A DNA stretch of 41,967 nt from a virus (Duplodnaviria > Caudoviricetes), in the IMG/VR virus record IMGVR_UViG_3300032295_002786, positions 1-41,967 of that record, one strand, 5' to 3'. Position numbers and translations under genes: made by a program. The notes beneath the pieces were generated by a model. That model was not told where the DNA came from. It worked only from the letters and a program-made list of their open reading frames with translations, and ran no database searches. The first letter of the stretch is position 1; each line of letters begins with the position of its first letter. This document shows positions 34,516 through 41,967 of this stretch, piece after piece.

Positions 34516-35443
34516 CAATTTTGGCCAAGGTCTGTGCGCCGCGAATGCTGGTTAAATCACCTGGTCGGCGCAGTTCACACCATACCATGTCGCCGCCTTC
34601 TCGATTGATGCTGACAACTTCAAAACCAGCTGTTCGAACAGCAGGCTCCAGCAATCTCCAGGGTTGATACATCATGAATCGATTTTCAAATAGACCCATG
34701 TTTTGTGCAATGTCGCAATCATTGAAAGTCATGATTAGGCTGCCGCCAGGGCGCAATTTTTCAAACAGTTCTAAAATATACTTTGTAATCAAAGGCAAGG
34801 GTTTATAGTTGAAAAAATTATAGGCCAATACAAATCCAAATTGATTGTTGGGCAATTTTTCAAGTGCTGGTTGATTTTCTGGATCTTCAATCACATATGG
34901 TCGCAATCTACGTTGATACAGTTCACTGTACTGATTCATGAACGGTGTGAAGATCTCTTGGTAGTTGTCAACTAGATACAAGGGATCAAGCGTGACCACG
35001 GGCTGCATCCACTCATCTGCAGTGGGTCTAAAAATCATGCCAGGCCACTGCCAGGTGCTTAGAAGTTTGATGCGAGTTGAAATATTCTCCAGGACCTGAT
35101 CTGTGACTGACACTGATCGCCCCATGATTGATGCAGCAGTATCTATTCCTTTTTCTTGTTGGTATCGATCTTGATCTTCCTGTATGCAGCGGGCATCATT
35201 GGCTGCTATCACAGTCATGAGATTGCGATGTATGGTTTTGATTATTTCATCAAACTGATGCAGGTTGAGATGAATTTCTTGACACTTGGCATCTAACTGT
35301 TGCGCCAAGTCTTGAGATTGCACCGGACTGTGAATCACTGTGTATACCGTGGCTGCTAGGTCTCGCACTGTCTGACTGGCATTGGCAGTTACATCTATCT
35401 GTTCCAGTTGATTGCAAAAGGCAACAATATCTTGAAGAGTCAT
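34505..35443 (-). CDS. Class I SAM-dependent methyltransferase-like protein with coiled-coil N-terminus
   Basis: LPNNQFGFVLAYNFFNY..KLRPGG; degenerate motif I. Confidence 0.55.
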   Translation of the reverse strand: MTLQDIVAFCNQLEQIDVTANASQTVRDLAATVYTVIHSPVQSQDLAQQLDAKCQEIHLNLHQFDEIIKTIHRNLMTVIAANDARCIQEDQDRYQQEKGIDTAASIMGRSVSVTDQVLENISTRIKLLSTWQWPGMIFRPTADEWMQPVVTLDPLYLVDNYQEIFTPFMNQYSELYQRRLRPYVIEDPENQPALEKLPNNQFGFVLAYNFFNYKPLPLITKYILELFEKLRPGGSLIMTFNDCDIAQNMGLFENRFMMYQPWRLLEPAVRTAGFEVVSINREGGDMVWCELRRPGDLTSIRGAQTLAKIVVI

Positions 35444-38100
35444 GAAAAGTCAAACAGTGATGTGAATGTGTTCTGTGTGTTGGTGGCCGCAGCCAGATCC
35501 CAATCCAACACGCCCAAGAGATTGTCTAATTTTTGATCAACCACGGTGTTCTCCATTTCTTGATCATCAAACGGCAATTCACGGAACCAGGCAGGCAAGT
35601 GCAGTTCATCTGTGGGATAGGCTATGCTGGTCCAGCCCAGGGGATTGTTTTTTAGTTTGCACACAATCACTTTCATGCCATCCACAATCTGCATGCTGTA
35701 GTTGTCACTGTTCATGCGCCGCAGTGTGTTCCAATTGAGAGCTGCACGTACATGTCCGGGCATGTTGGCTTTGCCTTCGCGTTCTTCTTTCTTAGCATAG
35801 GCTGTTAGATTGTTCACACGTTTGGGAGATCCTTTTTCCCAACCAGGCCTTTCTGTGAATTCATATTTGAAGTCTCTAATTTTCTCCACAATGGCCTCGC
35901 GTGATTCTCCATACAAAAGCTGCATCAACACATCAAGCAAAAAGTCCTGGATCACTTTGGGAGTGTCACTGCGCTTGAGATCAAGTCCGGTGGCTTTGAC
36001 CTTGCCATGACTGCCGGCCACGTCTTTGCGTGTGCCTTCCTGATCAATGATGTTGACTGCGTAGCGTTTCTTGGTTATGAACAAACCACGGTCAGCTACC
36101 ACTTCACGACCGGCCTTGATCAGGCTGCCCATGTCTCGCGGACAGTGAAAAGCCTGTTCCATGAAAGCCGGGAATGAATCGTTGACCTGTTCGGCCAGGT
36201 TGTCATAGAGCTGAATACAAAACTCTTTGCTCCAGGTCATGCGACCTTGTTCTACTTCTTTCTTGAGCACTGGCCAGGCCGAGAAGTAACAGCTATCTGT
36301 GTCACCATAGATCACTGCATCGCCCATGTGATCATAAACACCGGTGAGACATTCATTGATGTGTGCATCCATGTGTCGTGCAATGGCACGACCTGTCAGT
36401 GTGGTGCTTTGACCAATGCGTTTGTCAAAGAATCTGCAACCAGGATTGAGAATAGCGCCATACAAGCTGTTGAGGTTAATCTTCTTGACCAACTGACGCT
36501 TGTCCCAGAATGCTTCCGCTTTTTTGTCGGTGGCTTCACGCTTCTTGGCCTGCATTTCTTTGCGTTCGGCATACCAGCGTTCCAGCAAGCCGGGTATCAC
36601 ACCTTTTTTCTCATAGGTAAAGATTGTACCATTGGCACTGAGCATCCAGGGCTGGTTGCTGTCAAACATGATCTTCCATACTTCGGCAGCACTGTGTACA
36701 GTTTCTGTTCCATCCTGCCAGTCAATGGTGATCTCAGTGCCACGTTCTTGATTCATCACTGCTGAGTATTCAAGACTGCCAAACAGGCCTTCCCAGGCCG
36801 CAGCAAAACTCATGCCGCTGGCCATGCGCTCCTTGATGTGACGACTGGTCATGTGTGGACGCAGTTGCCCCACAATGGTTTCTGGACCCATGTTCAAGGC
36901 ACGAATTGCACTGGGATACAGACTGTTGATGTCAACACTGCCGATCCACTCGTGTACACCTTTCTTGGGATAGGCCACATAAGCGCCAGCAGCCTGTGTG
37001 TCGTCATCAGTGAGACGTTGCTTGCGATTGGGCACCACCATGCCACGTTCGTGTGCTTCGTTGATGATGGCCTGCTCGGTCACAGCCACAGCACCCATGG
37101 TTGTCTGTAGCAGCACAGTGTTGGCATGTGCCAGTTCGTTGGCCAGATCAAGAAATCGCAGTTTCTTGTCCATCTGTGCAATACCATTGACGTCTTGTCG
37201 GTTGTACTCCAAGAACTTTTTGAAGTCATTGTTGTAGAGTTGGTCCAATGTGCCTTCGTACTTGGTCTTGCCTTCCAATCCTTCGTATTCTAGAATGGCA
37301 TCAAGACTGTAGCTGTGGCGTTCTTCATAGGTGTACTTGCGATACAGTTGCATGTAATCCATGTGTACACGCCCCACCAGGTCATAGGTCTGATGTTCGG
37401 CACCAAATCTTTCAAATGTTCGCTGTTTGGGAAACTGTCCCCAGAGACAGAACTTGCGAGTGTCGTCACGACTCAGCACACGAGTCACTCGGTTCACGGT
37501 GTAGGGAATATCATAGCCTTCTGAGTTCCAACCTGTGAGCACATCAGCATCGTCAATGAGATCAAGAAACGCCTTGAGCATTTCTGCCTCACTGTCAAAA
37601 ATCATGGTGTTGTCAAACTGCTCGGCAATTTCCTGTGCTGTGGCCTGACTCATGTGACGGGGCGGTACTGCAAAGGTCACCAGTTGATCCAGCCAGTCCA
37701 AGTACACTGATATTGCAGTGATGGGGTTGAACGGATCTTCCACAGGTGAAAAGCCGCGTTCTTGATCAAAGGCAACCTCAATGTCAAAGATTGCTGTGTT
37801 CAGTTCTGGAGCGTCTAGATCTTTGTAGTTTTCTTCTAGGCAACGAAAAATGGGATTGAAGTCGCTTTCATACAGTTGTTTACTGCTGTGCATGCGAACT
37901 TCTTTGCGAAACTCTTTGTTGTTGCGTGTGCTGAATCTTGACACTGGTGTGTCATAGATGCTGCGAAACTTGCCTCGAGGATCGTCGTAGTAAAAAACAT
38001 AGTTGGCTGGATATTCCTGATATCTGCGTTGGCCTTTGATGCGTTCTACAACATGAATGCGATCGTGTTCACGATCAAACAGTGCGTCAATGTAACTCAT
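35440..38100 (-). CDS. Family B DNA polymerase (gp43-like) with 3'-5' exonuclease
   Basis: FDIE, GWNSEGYD, YNRQD, DINSLYP, KINLNSLYG, YGDTDS, KKRY. Confidence 0.98.
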   Translation of the reverse strand: MSYIDALFDREHDRIHVVERIKGQRRYQEYPANYVFYYDDPRGKFRSIYDTPVSRFSTRNNKEFRKEVRMHSSKQLYESDFNPIFRCLEENYKDLDAPELNTAIFDIEVAFDQERGFSPVEDPFNPITAISVYLDWLDQLVTFAVPPRHMSQATAQEIAEQFDNTMIFDSEAEMLKAFLDLIDDADVLTGWNSEGYDIPYTVNRVTRVLSRDDTRKFCLWGQFPKQRTFERFGAEHQTYDLVGRVHMDYMQLYRKYTYEERHSYSLDAILEYEGLEGKTKYEGTLDQLYNNDFKKFLEYNRQDVNGIAQMDKKLRFLDLANELAHANTVLLQTTMGAVAVTEQAIINEAHERGMVVPNRKQRLTDDDTQAAGAYVAYPKKGVHEWIGSVDINSLYPSAIRALNMGPETIVGQLRPHMTSRHIKERMASGMSFAAAWEGLFGSLEYSAVMNQERGTEITIDWQDGTETVHSAAEVWKIMFDSNQPWMLSANGTIFTYEKKGVIPGLLERWYAERKEMQAKKREATDKKAEAFWDKRQLVKKINLNSLYGAILNPGCRFFDKRIGQSTTLTGRAIARHMDAHINECLTGVYDHMGDAVIYGDTDSCYFSAWPVLKKEVEQGRMTWSKEFCIQLYDNLAEQVNDSFPAFMEQAFHCPRDMGSLIKAGREVVADRGLFITKKRYAVNIIDQEGTRKDVAGSHGKVKATGLDLKRSDTPKVIQDFLLDVLMQLLYGESREAIVEKIRDFKYEFTERPGWEKGSPKRVNNLTAYAKKEEREGKANMPGHVRAALNWNTLRRMNSDNYSMQIVDGMKVIVCKLKNNPLGWTSIAYPTDELHLPAWFRELPFDDQEMENTVVDQKLDNLLGVLDWDLAAATNTQNTFTSLFDFS

Positions 38101-38137
38101 AGTTCTCCACTTGTGGCCGCCTGGCCATTCTATCTGC

Positions 38138-38686
38138 TCACTTAATTATAGATACGGCTGTGCGCGGATTACGAATACAGTCGCACACCACAGCCGCGGC
38201 TTTTTCTATACTCATGGTTCCTTGGTGTCCGTTGAAACGACTGGGGAATGAGCCCAGTTCCACAGTGCTCACTGTCACTGGCCCATTGTCATCTACAATT
38301 TTTCGATTGAAGTGGCGACCAAACTGTGACAGTGCTTCCTTGCTTGCATTATAACACAAACGTTGACTTGAAATGTTGGGGTATGATACCCAATATGTGC
38401 TAGTGCTGCTAATGTTTATGATCTGTCCTTGTTGCATCTTGTGGTAAAATCCCAAGGTAAGATATGCTGCACTGACAAAGTTTGTTGTCAATATCTGCCA
38501 AGCATCATGGTGTTCGTTCACTGCCACGGTGTTGACAACCACAGTGGGAGTATGATCTTGAACCACACGATCACAATCACTCTGTAGGGAAAAATCGTAT
38601 ATGGGACGCCCAACAATCACGGCGGGTTCAGATAGCTGCTGTTGTATGGCGTGAGCTAGATCACTTGTGCCCAGGAGTAATATCAT
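38138..38686 (-). CDS. Short-chain dehydrogenase/reductase-like protein
   Basis: IINISS, YNASK catalytic motif; degenerate Rossmann glycine motif. Confidence 0.7.
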   Translation of the reverse strand: MILLLGTSDLAHAIQQQLSEPAVIVGRPIYDFSLQSDCDRVVQDHTPTVVVNTVAVNEHHDAWQILTTNFVSAAYLTLGFYHKMQQGQIINISSTSTYWVSYPNISSQRLCYNASKEALSQFGRHFNRKIVDDNGPVTVSTVELGSFPSRFNGHQGTMSIEKAAAVVCDCIRNPRTAVSIIK

Positions 38687-39763
38687 CTAAGAGAAATATT
38701 TTTGTATCGTGCCATCACGATCAAGATCGTTGGTGACGCAGTGTATACCAGCATCCCAGAAGTACCTGTGCCTGAAAGGCGACACATGCACTTCAACTCC
38801 GTAACGAGCGCAGGCCTGCTCAACTGCATCACAATGACTACTGACCACGATGTTGTGTTGATCTATCACCAAGATATTGACATCAAACACAGTTTCTGCT
38901 GCATGGCCCACCCAGGAGTCAAAGTAGTGTTCCACAATGTGACGCAGATTGGCATCTTGTTCGAATCCTGGCACATACCATCTGCCACGATTGAGCTTCA
39001 TGCAGTCTCGAAACTGCCTGGTGTTGGCAAAGTCACTGGGTTCAAGATACACCACTTCCCAGTCTGGAAAAGTATCTGCATAAGTGGGTACGTCACGCAG
39101 ACTCACGATTAGGCCAGGTGTCACAGCACAGTAAGTGGCATCACCGTGCCCTTGAGCATCAACAATGCGATTGCGAGTGTGTGGAAATACAGTATTGACA
39201 CGATCAAGCAATTGAGATTGATCCTCATCTGGACGCTGTGTGGCAAAATACAGATCCTGACCCAGTCTTGTTACAAAACAGCCACTCACAACATCAAGAT
39301 CGGTGCGGCATATTTCATTGCCTTGTTGTGACACCTGATCAAATATGTTTTGATAACAGGTCAGTTTGGCCTGATGCAGTGCCCAATCCTGTTGGTGCCA
39401 TTGGTGCCAGTCCAGTTCTGTTTGACGTTCAAATGCCTTGACAGAGTGAACTTGATTGGGTTCACTGGGCACCCACAGACGGTCATGAATCATGACAAAA
39501 TAATCTCTGGGAGTTACCGGAGGAGGTACCCAGCGATGTCCAATCTGGCTCTGCTGTGGATCGTTGGGTCTCACCACAGTAACATCGAACCTCTGCAACA
39601 ACTGAATCAAGCTTTGAAAGTCTTCTTCAGTTTCTTCGGCCAAAATTTGAAACCGTCGTCTGGTTTCTGTGTCTTGGATCCAGTCATAAAACTCAGGATC
39701 GTAACTGGATCCAACCACACAAGTTTTGAGTCTATCCCAGTGTTGAAAAACCTGGTAAGGCAT
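38687..39763 (-). CDS. Amidinotransferase (pentein family)
   Basis: WDRLKTCVVG, V.V.RP, PRD, GHGD, C-terminal GIHCVT.DL.R. Confidence 0.8.
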   Translation of the reverse strand: MPYQVFQHWDRLKTCVVGSSYDPEFYDWIQDTETRRRFQILAEETEEDFQSLIQLLQRFDVTVVRPNDPQQSQIGHRWVPPPVTPRDYFVMIHDRLWVPSEPNQVHSVKAFERQTELDWHQWHQQDWALHQAKLTCYQNIFDQVSQQGNEICRTDLDVVSGCFVTRLGQDLYFATQRPDEDQSQLLDRVNTVFPHTRNRIVDAQGHGDATYCAVTPGLIVSLRDVPTYADTFPDWEVVYLEPSDFANTRQFRDCMKLNRGRWYVPGFEQDANLRHIVEHYFDSWVGHAAETVFDVNILVIDQHNIVVSSHCDAVEQACARYGVEVHVSPFRHRYFWDAGIHCVTNDLDRDGTIQKYFS

Positions 39764-39765
39764 TG

Positions 39766-40026
39766 TTACAGAGTTTTGCCCACGGTTTCAAGAATGGTGT
39801 TGAGATCCTCGTGATCGGCATTTTCTTCGCCCAGTCTTGACTTGTAGGCAATTTTGATTGCTTTCTTGAGAATGGTTGGTTTGATTTCCAGTTCTTCGGC
39901 CACGGCCTTGACAGTGTCAGACAGTCCGCCCTGCAGAGTTTCAACCTCCATCATAACCTGCATGCCTTCGTTGACTACCTGGGTAAGTTTGGCTTTTTGT
40001 TCACTGGTAAACACTCGAGATGTCAT
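39766..40026 (-). CDS. Small helical dsDNA-binding-type protein (T4 DsbA/GapR-like)
   Basis: 86 aa helical, L.D.VK.VAEEL.I.P..LKKAI; own promoter and AGGAG RBS. Confidence 0.5.
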   Translation of the reverse strand: MTSRVFTSEQKAKLTQVVNEGMQVMMEVETLQGGLSDTVKAVAEELEIKPTILKKAIKIAYKSRLGEENADHEDLNTILETVGKTL

Positions 40027-40052
40027 TGTTGTCTCCTAATTAAAACACAGCT

Positions 40053-40081
40053 ACTATAACAGGTTATTGTGATATAGTCAA
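40053..40081 (-). promoter_or_regulatory. sigma70-type promoter for the operon leading into the polymerase
   Basis: TTGACT-17 bp-TATAGT. Confidence 0.7.
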
Positions 40082-40100
40082 TGCAATTTGGAGTCAAACT

Positions 40101-40865
40101 TCACTTTTCCTCAATGTAATCTTGAGCTTGGTTTTGTTTTTGTTTGTGTTTTTGGTACAGACGCACTGCCATGTCTGCATGATCAATGGTGTTAAATTTG
40201 TGAGGCAGTTCGTTTTGGCCGCGACGGATACGGAACCCCTGATCTTCGTCGCCGTGTATTTCAAACACAGATCCGTCTTCCATGGTCATGGTTTTCACCG
40301 GACTGTTGGGTGCTGTGAGATCTGCGGCAATCTTGTCACCAATTTCGTGACCAACTTCGCTGTCAGCGGGATGCGGAGGTGTGGCACCGTCCGGTGTGCT
40401 TAGGGTAGCACTGTAAGGACCAGTGGCAGTGTCCTGATCAGTTTCACTGACTTCGGAGTCACGTGCTGTGAAACTACGGTCCCGAACATCGCGAGATTTT
40501 AGATCTGTGTCAGATCGTTCACGCGATTTCAGTTCTTCGTGATGACGATCACGCATGGCGTCAAGATAGTCTACAAAGTCGCGTTTGACTTTGCTCAACA
40601 TATCTTCTTCGATGTCAGCCATGGTTTCAGCCAGGCTGGCTCGTGGCTCAACGCTTTCGTCTGCGCCTACCATGTAACCTGCGGCAGGATGTTTTGGATC
40701 TTTTTTCTTGCGCAGCACCGGACTGATATCTTTGGGTTTGAACAGCGCCGGCAACTGCGGCACTGACTGCTGTTGTTTGTTGAGTCCGTGTTTGACATTG
40801 ACCGGAGTGATCTTGGCTTCCAGCAAAGACAGTTTTTCCAACAGTGATCTTATGTCGTTACTCAT
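40101..40865 (-). CDS. Hypothetical phage protein
   Basis: Start MSNDIRSLL with ATGA overlap to dps; charged and low-complexity. Confidence 0.7.
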   Translation of the reverse strand: MSNDIRSLLEKLSLLEAKITPVNVKHGLNKQQQSVPQLPALFKPKDISPVLRKKKDPKHPAAGYMVGADESVEPRASLAETMADIEEDMLSKVKRDFVDYLDAMRDRHHEELKSRERSDTDLKSRDVRDRSFTARDSEVSETDQDTATGPYSATLSTPDGATPPHPADSEVGHEIGDKIAADLTAPNSPVKTMTMEDGSVFEIHGDEDQGFRIRRGQNELPHKFNTIDHADMAVRLYQKHKQKQNQAQDYIEEK

Positions 40866-41302
40866 GCTCGTTGTGTCTTGAGAAAACTGCGAATCTGCCA
40901 CAGATATTTTCCGTGTGCGCTTTGACGTTCGGCCATGAAGTTTGCAATGTCTTCACGACGTTCTTGCTGTGCCAATTCAAACACCTGCATCACAAGTTCA
41001 ATCATGCGCTCGGTATCAACTTTTAATTCTTCCAGCATGAGCTGTGCTCTGGGCACCTTGGTTTGACCGCTGATCTGTGTGAGCTCTTGAAAGCGTTCAA
41101 AGCTGCCTGGTGCATAGTCATCCAAGGTTCGAATATATTCAGCCATCTGATCGGTGGCACCATAAGCATCTTGATAGATTTCACTGAAGAATTCATGCAA
41201 TTGTGCGAAATCAGGACCTTCCACATTCCAGTGGAACATGTGGGCCTTGAGATAGTAGGCAAAATTACTGGCCAAAAGCTGTTTCAACAAATCACTTAGC
41301 AC
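40862..41302 (-). CDS. dps: Dps/ferritin-like protein
   Basis: YLKAHMFHWNVEG..F..LHEFF, D..AEYIR, H.K..W..RS; GTG start assumed. Confidence 0.92.
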   Translation of the reverse strand: MLSDLLKQLLASNFAYYLKAHMFHWNVEGPDFAQLHEFFSEIYQDAYGATDQMAEYIRTLDDYAPGSFERFQELTQISGQTKVPRAQLMLEELKVDTERMIELVMQVFELAQQERREDIANFMAERQSAHGKYLWQIRSFLKTQRA

Positions 41303-41468
41303 GTTTTTTCCTTGGTTTGGCAGCCATGACCGGCGCCGCATTTTTCATAGCATATTTACCTGACAACAGATTTCCGCCCATTCTTGATATCGTGCCCATG
41401 GGCATGGTCACAGGCGCAATGGCTGCTGATGTGGTTGATACATTTTCTGTTATTTCATGCAGTCGCAT
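41292..41468 (-). CDS. Small hypothetical phage protein
   Basis: MRLHEITEN..TTSAAIA; GGAGG RBS. Confidence 0.6.
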   Translation of the reverse strand: MRLHEITENVSTTSAAIAPVTMPMGTISRMGGNLLSGKYAMKNAAPVMAAKPRKKRAK

Positions 41469-41769
41469 TGGCTTCCTCCGGGACATAGATCTGTATGCTG
41501 CCATCGTTGGCAATTATGGCAGGCCCGTAACTCACTGCAAGATCCTGCAAGCGTATTTTGCTGTGCTCGGGGTCAACCATTTCTAGTCGCACACGATATT
41601 TGCCAGCTTCGGCATTCAGCGTGAGATTTTCTTCAAGGTAAACACCTTCCCAGATCCAGGTGCGTTCACAAAACAGTTCGTCAGCCACATAGATACGATA
41701 ACGCGGGGGCCGGTGATACCACTCGCAGAACACAAGACAGGTAGCTCCAACTTCGAATGTCTGCATCAT
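41455..41769 (-). CDS. Hypothetical phage protein
   Basis: PRYRIYV.DELF.ERTW.W. Confidence 0.65.
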   Translation of the reverse strand: MMQTFEVGATCLVFCEWYHRPPRYRIYVADELFCERTWIWEGVYLEENLTLNAEAGKYRVRLEMVDPEHSKIRLQDLAVSYGPAIIANDGSIQIYVPEEANATA

Positions 41770-41951
41770 GAAATCCTTGTGACATTGCTGACCACAGAAT
41801 CTTTACCGTACTGTGCCTGCAACAACAGTCTTGCCATGGCAGGAGACTTGGCAAATACAGCGGTGTCAACACTCATGCTGTAGTCAGGATGCTTGACCTT
41901 GACCTGTGCGCGATACACCTGGAATCCAGCAAAAATTTCTGACGCTCTCAC
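41766..41951 (-). CDS. Small hypothetical phage protein
   Basis: 61 aa, ARLLLQAQYG; ATGA overlap. Confidence 0.6.
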   Translation of the reverse strand: MRASEIFAGFQVYRAQVKVKHPDYSMSVDTAVFAKSPAMARLLLQAQYGKDSVVSNVTRIS

Positions 41952-41967
41952 GGTGCGACCTTTCTCA

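Noticed and set aside
35440-38100. Intein or intron in the DNA polymerase
   Set aside because: Continuous ORF of normal length with all motifs in order and no splice signatures.
1-41967. CRISPR array, IS element, long repeats or stop-codon recoding
   Set aside because: No repeat-spacer periodicity, transposase or terminal repeats seen by eye; genes are intact under the standard code.

Overview
A gene-dense, mostly minus-strand segment of a large dsDNA tailed-phage genome (T4-like or jumbo style), probably infecting an aquatic proteobacterium; phage origin and host are inferred from gene content. Left to right it holds: (i) a phosphate-starvation module with Pho-box-like repeats (OprO/OprP porin, PstS, start of a probable metallophosphoesterase); (ii) a circularly permuted two-piece tmRNA gene, tRNA-Arg(TCT) and a CAT-anticodon tRNA (likely Ile2); (iii) plus-strand glycan-tailoring cassettes; (iv) replication and nucleotide genes (RNase H-like 5'-3' exonuclease, two MazG-like proteins, probable sliding clamp, family B DNA polymerase); (v) a 7-deazaguanine pathway (FolE, QueD, QueE, a second QueD paralog with an LxxxHRHxF motif, a TGT/DpdA-like transglycosylase, no QueC/QueF in the window) interleaved with glycosyltransferases, GalE, Gmd, PLP enzymes, oxygenases and SGNH-like proteins; (vi) amidinotransferase, Dps and small hypothetical genes. 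The best candidate for a new system is a QueC-less 7-deazaguanine DNA-modification cluster physically linked to a GT-B glycosyltransferase and GalE. No CRISPR array, transposon or intron was seen. All family calls come from motif recognition; no database searches were run.
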